This document shows positions 13,785-26,438 of a DNA stretch of 64,000 bases, in pieces. Source of the stretch: Bigelowiella natans CCMP2755 (taxonomy: Eukaryota; Protista; Cercozoa); the NCBI GenBank assembly GCA_000320545.1, contig ADNK01000824.1, positions 65,714 through 129,713 on the forward strand, given 5' to 3'. A program made the translations under genes and the position numbers. The notes below the pieces were generated by a model that was not told where the DNA came from, searched no databases, and saw only the letters and a program-made list of their open reading frames with translations. Numbering within the stretch: position 1 is the first letter of the stretch; every line of letters starts with the position of its first letter.

Positions 13785-14269
13785 TACAACAACGATGGCA
13801 AGACAGAAAATGGGGCGGGGAGGGAATAGCCATTCGAGAAAAGAGGAATTAGCTACGACGACATACATTTAGTATGGACTCTCATATCAAGATCAAAAGA
13901 TGCGTATTAACATAGGAACTGAAGGCCGACTTCAAACTCGTGGCAAAGGCAGGAGCACCGAAGGAATGGGCGGGGGTATGTAACGAATGAATCAATCACA
14001 GAACAAGAAGCAGGAAAGAAGTGGAAGAAGACGATTGTGCATATCAAGTTGCTCTTCCTTATTACTCTATGAAAGTGCAGCTGCTGGTTCTAATGTTTTT
14101 TGATCAACAATGCTTATTCGGTGTTTGTTTCCTCCCCCCCCCCTCCTCCTCCTCCTCCTCCTCCTCCTCCTCCTTCACTCTTTGTTTTCTTTCTGTCAAC
14201 TTCCCAAATGCTAGCGAGTGTTGCTCTCTCATCTGATGGATCACACCGGCCTTGGTATCTATTATGATA

Positions 14270-14364
<95 letters not shown>

Positions 14365-14790
14365 TTTCAATGACACACACACACACACACATGCGCGTAT
14401 ACCAACATAAGGTATAACTTTATGTTTCCTCTCTTATTCTCTTTCCTCTTTCCCTCTTCTGCTGTTACTGACTAACTACTTGACACTGAATAATGATGAT
14501 GATGGTGGTGATGGTGGTGGTGATGGTGGTGGCGGTGATGGCGATGATGATCAAATCAGGCATGCACTACGTCTACGGAATTCCCCTCAAAGATCCAATG
14601 CCAAAGTTAGTGCGATATTTAGTATTATTATCAAAACATCACTTACTAGCTACAGCACAGCACACACGTGGCATTCCTTCCTCCATCTGCTTGATTAATT
14701 AGTAGCGACAACACCAACAGAAGAACCTCTATGATCTCAACTAAATCACTCAGGATGTTTTCCTTTGATTTTCCCATTTTCTCTTTCTCT

Positions 14791-14833
<43 letters not shown>

Positions 14834-14902
14834 CTGTGTATTATTTGTGTGTGTGGTATGTATGCGGTGCTTCGCTAAAAGGCCCATCGACTTGATGACA
14901 GG

Positions 14903-14943
<41 letters not shown>

Positions 14944-15251
14944 GTATATATGTTATTTGTCGCGTATATGCCTGTCTTCTTTCTTCTTTGCTATTTATGT
15001 ATGTGTATGTGTATGTGTATGTGTGTGTGTGTGTGTGTTTGGTAATGCGATTTCAAACGTATTTGTGAAATATTAGAAAGGATATCTGTAGAGAAGCTGT
15101 GCGTGCTATTTTTGTGCATGTTTCGAGGCAGCTCCCTCTCCCTCTCCTCCTCCTACATCATCGTCGTCATTGTCGTCAGGGAACAAGAAATATGGCTATC
15201 CGGTGCTGGAAGTGGAGAAGGAACCGGGAACTAGATTCAAGTAGAACATAT

Positions 15252-15283
<32 letters not shown>

Positions 15284-15367
15284 GAGGAGGAGGAGGAGGA
15301 GGAGGAATTGGGAAAGAGATAATGCCATCTTGTTGATTATGAAGATTAAGCTTACGCGTACACACGC

Positions 15368-15407
<40 letters not shown>

Positions 15408-17901
15408 TCATACAAGCGAGAGAGTCTCAACGTCATCATCATCGTTATCGTCATCATCATCAATATTTCCGTCGTCATCATCATCACCCTCCATATCTAT
15501 TAATCAGCTATTCTGGGGGAGGGTTCATAATGCTCCAGTACATCATAGAGGTAAATCGTTGTCTGTTGTGTGTGTGTGTGTGCGTGCGTGTGCGTGCGTG
15601 TGCTACTACGATGTGATGAGGGGAGAAGGAAGGGGGGGAGGGGTGCTATGGGAATGAGAATGATCCGATATCTTAGGCGTCTATCATCTATACTGTAATT
15701 TGTGATTCATAATTGTTATGTACACTTGTACAGATACATGTGTACAGCATATGTGTATTTCAATGTGTTTTTATGAAACACAAATGCTTACTGCTCATGT
15801 CTGAAAAATGATGTGACTTTTCTCCACAGCTGATGGAGATGCGCCCTGTAGAGGAAGTCATGAAGCCTTTCATTGAAAAATGCGAAATGGATCAGTTCAG
15901 GTGATGCAGATGGGAAAAAAAAAAAAGGAAGGGGGGGGGTGGTAGAACCAATAAATAGAAAATTAAAAAGCAAACGTGAAGAGGAACACAAAGTATCTTT
16001 ACGTCTACCGCGATAGACGTTCCTTCTGCGTCACGTGAAAGCAAACGCTGCAAATTGAAATCATTCCCAAATGGCAATTTGTAGCTGCAGAAACGAAAGA
16101 GTGTATGTATGAATGCCAGAGCAGTAGCCAAAAACAACAACAACAACAACAACAAGGCCAGTTGGGAACACGGCGCCTAATGAGTGAGAGAATCTTATGC
16201 GAAAAACAAATCATATTAGTGTCACGTGCGCGACTGTGAGCGGCAAGGATTATGCGATTGGCTATCTGGATGACAACAAACAAGTTGAAGGTATTTTTAT
16301 TGTTATCATATTTTATGTGATGAAGATGATGATGTTGGTGATGATAGCAGGAACTTGGATGCTGATGTAGTTTTGCAGCTATCCGCCGTGCTCCATATAT
16401 ACGTTACTGATGTCTATCTCCCCTCCTCCTCCTCCTCCTCCTCCTCCTCCTCCTCCTCATACAATCCATCCATCAGGTGATCGATTGATGTTTCCTCCAT
16501 ACGCGGCTGGAATGATGGGAAGCCCTGGTACAGAGGCGGTGAAGGGGGGAGGGGGGGGCGGACAGATGGAGAGAGAATGAGAGAGAGGGAGGCCCGATGT
16601 GAAGTGGCAGTATTTAATCATGCGAAAGTATTTCACTACAAGATACAGATTTGATGATGTTGCTCCCCTTCCACCCTTCTCCTTTTCATCAGCGTCGCTA
16701 GCAAAGTTTTTAATGAAGCTTGGGCAAGCATACAAGGTATCATCATCATCATCATCATCATTATCATCGTATTATTATTATTATTAGCACCACTTATTTC
16801 CTGCCTGAAGCGGCATTTTTATTGTCCGTTCATCATCATCGTCATCATCATCATCATCGTCGTCGTCATCATCGTCGTCATCATCGTCGTCGTCGTCGCC
16901 AAACCTTCCTCCTCAGGATCCCGACTGTGGAGGCCCGATCTCCCACGAAACGGCAAAGCAAATGCTAAACACAGCAAGCGATAAAGGCAGCCAGGTAGCT
17001 ATGGATGATGTGCGGTATGGGTTGGGTTGATTCCGATTGCTGCTCTATGATAAGAATGATCACTTGCGTCGTTCGGCCCCTCACAATTTTTGCAGAAATT
17101 CATGGGGGCTGGCATGGGATTGGGCGTCTTCGTGGCCAAGGTACGGTGCCTCCCGCTCCCATCGTGTAAGTTGTTCCACGCATGTGCACATCAGTGTATA
17201 CTAGAAGAAATGTCGCACATAATTAGGCTGGTGAGAACTCGATCGCCCTCCACCAAGCCGCAAATGACGGTAACAAGTAACGTTTGAAGGATTAATAATA
17301 CAATACAACACGCTACTTGGCGGTTGCAAACAGGAGATATGATATGTCGATGTGTGAAGCATATTTGTGCTGTTACCTGTTTGTTTGTGGTCCTCCTCCT
17401 CCTCCTCCTCCTCTTCCTCTTCCTCTTCCTCACTATTGCTCATGCTGGTGATGGCATTGATCGTCATTGTCCTTAGCTCATGAATAAACTAACTGAATTC
17501 TCCTTTTCCCTACTAGGCTTCCGAGGGTTATATCTCATGGCTTTTGATGGTCCGGATGCAAAGAAAGGGCCTACCGGCTTCGTGCTCTTATGGTCAGTTT
17601 CGTTGCTTAACACTGCTCTCTATCGTCGATCTTATCATCATCATCATCATCATTATCATCATCATCACCATCGACAACAACAACAACAACAACAACAACA
17701 ACATCGTTCTACTGCGAACTCCTACAACTGAACTTCTGCATGTGAATAACGTAACGAATCAGCAACGGCAATAACAATGGGATGTTCCTCAACTGTGAGG
17801 TTTCACGCTTGGCCCTCGAAAGCCTTGACCTCCATGGCGTCGACTTCTCCCGCGTGGACGGCGAAGCAAAAGGTGGGGATTGGGAGAACGAAAACAACGT
17901 C

Positions 17902-17932
<31 letters not shown>

Positions 17933-18095
17933 GCGAGTTTTATGATACGATTGGTGGTGGTAGCGGTAAAAAGTAGTTGGAGTGAAACGGTGTACTCTTG
18001 TAGGCAAAGGAGAATTCTCGATCAAAAATATAAAGCAGGAAGAAATTGTAAACCGGGGCCTGAAAGAAATGGTGTTTGATGCTTTTGTGCAATAA
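12156..18095 (+). CDS. Beta-lactamase-related serine hydrolase (PF00144, class C/AmpC-like fold), many introns; 5' exons uncertain
   Basis: Spliced exons give VPGVSLAW, IASLSKT (SxxK), LLSHLMDHTGL, EPGTRFNYSGGGF (Y-x-x motif), AAGMMGSP, MGLGVFVAK, ALHQAANDGFRGLYL, and a final exon KGEFSIKNIKQEEIVNRGLKEMVFDAFVQ*, with TAA at 18093-18095. Confidence 0.85.
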
Positions 18096-18969
18096 CTTTG
18101 CGTGTATAACAAGCAGAGCGAATCGAATAAGTGCGAACGCCCAAGAAACAAATTTTCCTACAAGCTTGTATAATAATAGCTATCGAATGTATGCATAGAC
18201 ATAATCAATTAGATATATTGCTTGCGCATTTTGATGCTAGCAAAGTGGGATCAGATCCCCACATTTGACGTGTGATATAGCATCATGTTCATGCACGCGG
18301 TTGTGACGAGATTGTATGCGCACAATCAAAAGGTAAATATTGCGTGCGTGCGCAGATTGCATAGAACGGCTGTGAACATCGGTTTGTAGTCATTTGTTTG
18401 TGTGTGTAAGCGTGCACATACACATACATTCATTGTCTAGCTTGTGTGCAAATAGTTTCCGTATTATTGGCGGCAGCAATGAGTGTGCATGTGCTCATGC
18501 TAGCATGCACTGTGCTCATTGCAAGGCTAGAAGGCAAGCAGCAAGGTGGCAAGTAAGGAATGAGCTACCAGCCACATGTACTAATGTAAAGGCAAAACTT
18601 GTTGATCCAATCAAGAGAATCATCTTGTCACGCAGCTAGTCAGCTTGCGGCCATGCGTTGCAGTACGCTTCAAGCGAGATTTTAAGGCGTCACATAGCTG
18701 TCATCATGAAAACCAAAGCTAAGCGTATTGCTCAATCCTCCAACTTAGCGACAGCGACGCGATTCAGTCGTAAACGAAGCGCCATCATGTCATTGTTCTA
18801 CACGCAATATTTTCATTACTTGGCAACAGCACGTCTAACACTGTTCATTAATGTGGCGTAGCTGATTTTAGACATTTGTGATTACCATCCTGGTAAAGAC
18901 CCCTCATAGTGTTACGCACAAAGACTTGGACACAACTAGATTAATGGAGGGTATTGCCACTACACTGTG

Positions 18970-20007
18970 TTATTTGCTGTTGTCCTGCATGTCTAGAAAG
19001 CGATCTACTTCTCCAGGTCGCGGCATTCTGCACGAATCTCGCTTACCAAACAATCGGTAACGATTTTTCCCGATATAATCATACAAAGCATCACGGATCA
19101 CAGAGGGGATAAGCTGTGCTAGTGCCGCCAGCCAAGGAAAAGGCCACCGCAGTCCAGACCCAATCGCAATGGCAGCGGAACTCCGTGTAAGAGGGAGAGC
19201 TGCAGATGGACCATCACCGGCAGGAATGAGAAGTACGGAATCAAGATTATTGACGAGATGGGGGCATCCCCTCTCTTGGAGAAGAGCTTGGGCGGGTTGC
19301 GACTGTGCGGGTGCGAAGTGGAACAACGGCGGATCCCTTGTGTCATGCTGAAGTATGAAGTCAACTGAAGCGTTGCAGAGCGAGCACACCCCGTCGAAAA
19401 CAACGACGTGGTGCAATAGGCGATCCGCTGAGGCTCGAAGGGGATGCGTGGGAGGAGCTGAGTCGGGGACAAGGCGGAGTCCTCCTGAATACGATACGAA
19501 CGGCACCCCAAACAGGGAGGACGAAACATGGAGATCCCAGCCTTGTGAATCATCATGAGGGGACATACTGCTTGCAACAGACACAATAGCACTAGTAGGC
19601 AACGGAATCCATCCGAATAGATACGTAGCGTTGTGCTCCAACGCTAACACTTGTCGACCAGTCGTGCGGTCGTAGTACTGTTTTTCCGTCTGCTGGAATC
19701 CCAGCGGGCCAAACATTTCTGTGCCAACCCCTTCACCGGCCGTTGCTTCTTGCTTCCACCGCGACTTGACGAATTTTCCGTTGAATGAGCGCAACCATTC
19801 CCCATCCTTACCGGCTCTTACCGCGACAGGGGACGGCAAAGCACCCTCGGGCGTTGCGGGAGGCACTAAGCCAGCCTTAGACGCACCATAGGCTAACAAT
19901 TTGTTGTGATGCTCAACTCTAAGAGAACCCACCACCACAGCAGCCCCGCTTCCTACGCCTCGAAGGAACGATCGAATTGTTTCAATTCCGCTGGGTAGGG
20001 GAGGCAT
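18970..20007 (-). CDS. Intronless fusion: DUF4166-like domain + DCC1-like (DUF393) thiol-disulfide oxidoreductase
   Basis: Single ORF; likely start MPPLPSG at 20007, since the longer ORF would abut the LSM10 start. N-domain GEWLRSFNG...TEMFGPLGF...LFGWIPLP...WDLHVSSSLFGVPFVSYSG fits DUF4166. C-domain VVFDGVCSLCNASVDF...FAPAQS...RSSAA...RDALYDYIGKNRYRLFGK..SC fits DCC1 (DxxCxxC). Confidence 0.85.
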   Translation of the reverse strand: MPPLPSGIETIRSFLRGVGSGAAVVVGSLRVEHHNKLLAYGASKAGLVPPATPEGALPSPVAVRAGKDGEWLRSFNGKFVKSRWKQEATAGEGVGTEMFGPLGFQQTEKQYYDRTTGRQVLALEHNATYLFGWIPLPTSAIVSVASSMSPHDDSQGWDLHVSSSLFGVPFVSYSGGLRLVPDSAPPTHPLRASADRLLHHVVVFDGVCSLCNASVDFILQHDTRDPPLFHFAPAQSQPAQALLQERGCPHLVNNLDSVLLIPAGDGPSAALPLTRSSAAIAIGSGLRWPFPWLAALAQLIPSVIRDALYDYIGKNRYRLFGKRDSCRMPRPGEVDRFLDMQDNSK

Positions 20008-20194
20008 CTGAATCGCGTCGATTGGAACGGATCGTCTACACTTCGAGCAACACGAACAAGAAAAGCATTCCCGCCATTTGTGGATGTTATGTGCGAAATT
20101 CATGGGTGATTCACCTTGCGACACGCAACAATTCCTTGTCGCAGGACAAAAAGGCATATCGTGCTGTCTCTTCGAACTGGATCTACTCCTCACG
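20008..20194. promoter_or_regulatory. Probable compact bidirectional promoter region (DUF4166-DCC1 / LSM10)
   Basis: Only 187 bp separate the two inferred divergent ATGs. Confidence 0.55.
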
Positions 20195-20716
20195 ATGCAA
20201 GACCTTCTTCACTTCCGTGAACAAAGGCAGAGGCAGGAGAAGACCCTCGTGTGCTTTGTGAAGGCGCTGGTTGGAAGCAGGGTCGACTTTGAATTGCGTG
20301 GCGGTGCCATCGTACGTGGAGTTTTGGAAAGCGTGGACGCGATGATGAAGTGAGTGAACTTTTTTCTTATCTTATCATTTCGAATATGATTGCTGCTTCC
20401 TATCTGATTTATTTTCAAACAGCTGTAAATTAATCAAGGTCCGATGGAAGAAGAAGGTTGTATTTGTAGGGTTGTACTTCTAATATTCAGCGATGAAATC
20501 AATATCCACAATTTCTAATTTGTGTTATTCTCAAGGGACAAACTGCGAAATATGCCGAGTACTCGCACATTCCTGGACGACAAATTGTGTACATTCACAT
20601 TCCCGACGAGATCGACGTCAGCAAGAAGCTTGATTCATTTGTAATATCTTAAAGTCCAGATTATTCAAATTACCGATGATCATTAACTTAAGTTCTGATC
20701 TCAGTTCTCAAGATGA
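20195..20716 (+). CDS. LSM10: U7 snRNA-associated Sm-like protein LSm10
   Basis: Four exons: EKTLVCFVKALVGSRVDFELRGGAIVRGVLESVDAMMN (Sm1), CKLIKVRWKKK, AEYSHIPGRQIVYIHIPDEIDV (Sm2 with the Lsm10-type GR-x-I-x-Y-x-HIP), FSR*. The last exon is tentative. Confidence 0.8.
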
Positions 20717-21925
20717 CAAGGGCTCGTTTTTTCTTGGAAACTTCGAAGTAAGATAAAAGCATCAGTCGTCCAAATTACTGAATGTATTTACAACATTCCT
20801 GCTGCTTTAGAGTGTATATAATCAACGAGATAGGTGCTCTTATTCTGGCAATATTAATATTGGTCGCCGCCGAGCTACCTTAATATGGGCGCACGCGAAT
20901 TATTACATTATCGTCGTGCATTATTGTAATCGATGATATAATGATTACTGCGATATAGTTTTGAAACAATGATCATTTGACACACGATGTATAAACTATT
21001 GTACAACATGAGATGCAATTTCCAACATCATTGTAAGCATGCAGGGTGTAGCTGCATCACACGATGCTCGAATACTAAATTAAATAACACATATACCCTC
21101 CTTTGCCCCTCCCCATATGTATATGCTAGCATGTATCATTTGATTGATATAGGTTACATAGATTATAAGATTAATATACAAAGATGAATGCCCCTACGCA
21201 TACATACATGCAACTTAGCGTATGAAACGGACGTGCGATGCCATGCATGTAATGAATCGATCGAACATACGAAGATGGATGTATACCTGCACTAGCATCA
21301 CTTTACGCATCGTGTTATAGTGTCAAGCATGGCAGCAGCATTTACAAGAATGTGCAGCATTTACTTATGTGCTAGTTTAGTCGATCAATACATGCTAGTA
21401 TGCATGACGATGCATGACATCGAGAGCGCTACGTGTTGCGGACATAGCATCATCATGTGTCACAATTATCACAATCGTCGTGGCGGTGCACACGTACTTA
21501 CGTCGCGTGCTGTCGATGATTGTTTATAGCGCATATGATCGAGTATGTTGAGAGCATCTTTTCTCCCTTTTTCCACTCATGCATAAAACCACAATTAACG
21601 CACACACACACACATACAATAAATCGCACCCACATGATATGTTAATTTATTGTGTCCCTGTTTGTTGTGCTGTATGTGCTATGTGTGTATTTGTGCGTGT
21701 ATGTGTCTGTGTGTGTGTGTTTGCTAGCTTGTGTAAATATGTTTGATCAAGTCAAGCACTCTCTGCATAGTTTTTTATGTTGTTTCGTAACAATTTACAT
21801 CTTTCATAGAGGAACAAATGTTAAGAAATAATGACTATGCCACAGGACTTTCCTGCCTAATTCCATCGGCCTACCCATGACCCCCTAATCTTGGTTCGAC
21901 TAGTACACGATTTTAAACTATGGTC

Positions 21926-22866
21926 TTAAACGTACTCCTTAGCGTTAAGAGCAGAAAGATCTAATTGTATCCCAGGACCCATTGTGGAAGTGAGATACAC
22001 AGATTTCCAGTACTGTTTCTTAATGTCAGTTGGTTTGTTTGCGTCGATGGTGTCCTGAATCGCGCGCAAGTTCTGCAGTAGCGCCTCATCGTCGAAGGTA
22101 GCCTTTCCGAATGGCATGTGAACAACTCCCTTCTTGTCCGCTCTCAGTTCCAATCTTCCAGCCTTGATTTCCTGGAAATAAAACAATTTCAGTACATACT
22201 AATGTGGTTGTGTCGAGTTTCGAATCTCACCTTTAGCGTGGTAGGTACATCGGTAGTAACCGTTCCAGATTTGATGGAAGGCATAAGACCTTTTGGACCA
22301 AGGACTCTTCCGAGACGAGCTATCTGAGGCATCATGTCTGGAGTGGTAATGAGACGTTCAAAGTCGAGGTTGCCTTTGTTAATGTCATCAATTAGATCTT
22401 GGAATCCAGCGATGTCAGCACCGGCTGCCTTGTATTCCTTGGCATCTTCATCCTTACATAAAACAGCAACCTTCACAGATTTTCCCGTTCCGTTTGGAAG
22501 TACGACCGTAGTCCTCAAGTTTTGAGTGGCTTTACGAGGATCGATGTTAAGATCCGCATGCACTTCCATCGTTTCTGCGAATTTAGCGCTTGCAAGCTGT
22601 TTCAAGAGCTGAATTGCTTCCATAGTTTTGTATGGTTTCTGTTCGACCTTTTCCTTGATCTCTCTGAAACGACGAGACGGTTTGCGTGCGTATATTTGCG
22701 AGCGCGTCGAAGGGGTGGTACCGCAGCTTGTGAATTGCGGTCTAACTGTCAGTGCAGCTCCCACATTTCCTGCGTTCGATCGTCCATATATTGAAGTTAC
22801 GCAAACTAGGGCCGCAGATGCCAGGGCAATGAAAGCAATAGCGGCATGACTATTTGTCGTTCTCAT
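21926..22866 (-). CDS. rpl1: Plastid-targeted 50S ribosomal protein L1 (uL1c) with bipartite leader; intron 22172-22230
   Basis: KFAETMEVHADLNIDPRK..QNLRTTVVLPNGTGK, LGRVLGPKGLMPSIKSGTV, EIKAGRLELRADKKGVVH, TSTMGPG. N-terminus MRTTNSHAAIAFIALASAALVCVTS (signal peptide) followed by a Ser/Thr/Arg-rich transit-like peptide. Confidence 0.95.
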
Positions 22867-23736
22867 GTTGTGTAGGGAGGGGGGGCCACACCTAGGAGAT
22901 GGACGACCGCTTTTTAAGACGAAGAAGGGCACTTATTCTAGTAATATATCCTGAAAGAGCTGAATCCACTGATGACGACAAGAGATAAGGATGTCGTATG
23001 AAAATATTTAACGACGTTTCTATCTGGATAGCTCGCTGTTTGCATTGAAAGCACAATCGACGTGTGGGTGTGACTCTCTCAACTCAGATTCAGTTACTAA
23101 TTTGCATGATAATCTATAAACTAACTAGAATTTTAATATGCGTCAACATAATAATCGAGAATGAATTAAATATTCCGATTCAAATTCGCATATTAAATTT
23201 CGTGATCAAATAGAAAGTCTGGACAGCAGAAACTTTCCGCTCCCGCCGCTTTTTATATTTGAGTAAACTGAATACTTCGGGTATTAGTTTCTTGGCGCAC
23301 GCAGCGAATGCGCTTCTTTCTCGCACTGCACCAGAGTTGAAGCTCTGTACCCGAGGCAATAGAAATACGATATTTGTAGGGTGTTTTATTTCATAATTAC
23401 TCTCGTACAGAATTGCGATCATTACTTTTGTTAGTTTCTTTGTTATCGAGTACCCTAAAAGTGATAAATTATCGATAAAACATCCAAATAATCTGAACTA
23501 TATTTCACACAACTCATCCCTAGGTCATTCACAACACTGTGGTTGGTGAGGTGGTGTGCGAGGGGGGTGGAGCTGAAGGGGTGGGCTGGGTTAGGGCCTT
23601 CACCGAATTTTATATATTGTTTTCCGGTTGAAATTTACCATAGGTATTTTTGAGAGTTGGATGAGGGCAAAATACAAAAATTTATTTTTTATTACTGCCC
23701 ATTATCATCATCTTGCTTCCCTTTCAGGTCTCCACC

Positions 23737-24050
23737 ATGAAGACAAGATCCTCGTTGAAGAGGATGTGCCAGGGCTGCCGATTCGTTAGACGACGAGGAA
23801 GGCTTTTTGTTGTTTGTGGAAGAAATAAAAAACACAAGCAGAGGCAGGGGTTCTCAACTCTCACCGCCTCCTCACCGATCACATTTCCCACGAATAATCC
23901 GATTCCAGCCGTTGCATCGTCTGCTCCACCATCTTCTATCGCTACCTTTGCACGTTGGGTATAGATACATCCTCTACTTTATATGTGAATTTCATTTACT
24001 TAAAATCTAAAACAATGCTCTTATAGGCATTCCACCAACCTCAAAATTGA
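23737..24050 (+). CDS. rpl36: Ribosomal protein L36 (bL36), probably mitochondrial; C-terminal extension; 5'UTR intron ending at 23727
   Basis: [38 protein letters not shown] (zinc-ribbon C-C-C-H). No plastid leader. Intron 23959-24026; last exon AFHQPQN*. Confidence 0.9.
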
Positions 24051-24344
24051 CGTCTCTGATGTGTAAGAATCTTGTGACTAGTTCCTGTGGGATTAAATTC
24101 ATTTGTTTTCGGAAACGAACTTAGTCAATGTAATTCGAGGTGAAAGGATAATTTACATGTTATCATCAAGTTTTTACTATCCCTACTGACACAATTAGTG
24201 TCTCGACGTCGCGCGTATGGCATCGTACACATTATCTATCCCGCCTTGTGATGTCCACCACAGCTTGATCGCACCAGCATAGATATCATTCTGCACACCA
24301 TGCGCAAGTGTTATGACATACTGCATATAAATAAATTTAAATAT

Positions 24345-24348
<4 letters not shown>

Positions 24349-24402
<54 letters not shown>

Positions 24403-24403
24403 T

Positions 24404-24449
<46 letters not shown>

Positions 24450-24450
24450 G

Positions 24451-24517
<67 letters not shown>
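24349..24517. repeat. Compound microsatellite (AT)n-(GT)n-(AT)n-(GT)n-(GA)n
   Basis: Directly visible. Representative of many SSR tracts ((AT)n, (CA)n, (GA)n, (CAT)n, (CCT)n, (TAC)n, (GAA)n), most of them inside introns, e.g. 1553-1596, 14275-14390, 41240-41285, 61190-61256. Confidence 0.95.
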
Positions 24518-24521
<4 letters not shown>

Positions 24522-25375
24522 GATAATCTGTACCAAAATAAAAGCCACATCTGTATTTGGGCCGCTACAAAATTACCTAGCGTATGTAACTAGATAAGGC
24601 TAGCGGAGATGTAATGTAGCGTCTTTTAGGCATAAATGCAGCAGGCGTTCACTATCTAGTTTATATATATATATATGTAGACGCTGTGTGCTAGCTAGCT
24701 AGTGTGGGTTGCACACATTCTGAGACATTCTAGCAGTACTCTAGTAAGCATTGCAACTTCACATGCATGGATTGTGCAATGTGTCAATTGCATGTACGTG
24801 CTCAAGAAATACTAGCATCAATCAGTTAAGCAAAATGCGTGCTGTACGTATACGTACAATGACTAGAATGATTATGTTCAAAGCCTCGTATTATCTGGAA
24901 ACGCTGAGCTACGTACACTAGTATATGCATGTACGATATGTGCATGTCTAGATGTGCATGACATCTGAGACACGCCGGTACGATGTGTCTAGACAAAGCG
25001 CTCCTCTTTCACCCAGCGTGCATCGCCTGATCAACGACGTCTAGACGTATTCATTATTCTACGACACACTTGAGCATAAAAGCATAGCATATTTAGATAC
25101 ACACCGCATGCACACGCTATGGTGCAATGTGTGCCAATTTACTAGTTTATGCCAGCGATGAAGATATCTAGATATGTTAAATGCTAGGCAGACAATATGG
25201 CCTATTTTATGCTAATAAGTCACATCGTCCGTTATCCCAAATTTATGCTTAGTCCAATGGTGCTTTGATCGATCACCTATCTAGCTATTCCACGTATGCT
25301 AAGTGTGACAGACCGAACTGCCCAGCAGTATGGGGAAGAACTATCCGACTGTGTACTACATGCAGCATGGAAACG

Positions 25376-26376
25376 CTACTTAGCTACGTTGTACGTCTTT
25401 GTCACACCAGGGCGAGCGCGGTGTTCATTGATGCCTGTCATCAATTTTGTTTTAGGCATCCACTTAGCATGAAGTTTTGGCGAAGGTGGCGATTGGCCTG
25501 CACCATACCGCTCTTGATGCTGCTTCTTCTTCTCGATGATGAAATTTCGAAAGCTCCGCGTCTTGGCGGTTTTCCGATATGAAACGAGATTTCGTGGGTC
25601 TTTCCGCCCGACGATATTCCAGCGCATGCCCCCGCTCTTCTTCACAACCCCTTCCACTTTCAAGTTGACGACGCTGCTTAGACTATTTTCGATCTCTGGT
25701 GGTAACGATTGGATGAAATTCTGTCGTACATCCAGTCGCTTCAATGCCTTAAGCTTTCCTACTTCTGCTGGAAGGGACTTAAGGTCGTTCTTTCTCAGCA
25801 ACAGCGTCCTCAGACGCTTCAAATTTCCAATACTGGGGGGGATTGCGGCGATTTGGTTACTCTGGAGCAGCAGTGAGCGAAGGTTTGTAAGCCCGCCGAT
25901 GGCTTCTGGGACCGAGATGAGATGGTTACCGTCTAAGTTGAATGTCTCGAGGGACGACAGATGCCCCCCGGTGCCAATGCTATCAGGTAGTGAATATAAA
26001 CGATTGTAGCAAATCCTTAGATTTTGCAAAGAGGCAAGCTGATTGACTTCGTCTGGAAGCGACACTAGTCTGTTATTCTCGAGATCCAGCCTGAGTGTAG
26101 ATGTTTTTCGAATGAATCATGATCGATCGCCGATGAGGTCGGTAGCTGCAATGCCCACCGTTCTCTAACATCCAATGCACCACTCAATTGCTGCTACTAC
26201 TTACTACGATTACTACTAACAAGTCACCTGCGCAGTTCCTTCAGCTTACCTAACGTCTTGGGCTTAGAGATTATTTGAAAGGCGTTCAAAACGACGCGTG
26301 AGCATAAAACATCATCTTTATTTTTATCGATGCAGACTGTAATAATACTAGTTAAAATGCCACAGGAAATGATCCA

Positions 26377-26438
<62 letters not shown>

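Noticed and set aside
20288-20310. ELRGG in LSM10
   Set aside because: It lies inside the Sm1 fold (equivalent to the ELR/K-N/D turn) with no leader peptide, so it is unrelated to the leader LRGG motifs.
24965-25010. U7 snRNA-like candidate on the minus strand: CUUUGUCUAG followed by hairpin AGACAC...GUGUCU; a similar UUUGUCUAG occurs at ~7867 (+)
   Set aside because: It lacks the A before UUUG, and the upstream sequence is purine-rich (GAAAGAGG) instead of the pyrimidine-rich histone-pairing segment. TCTAG words are abundant in these spacers, so a chance match is likely. Needs RIP or small-RNA data.
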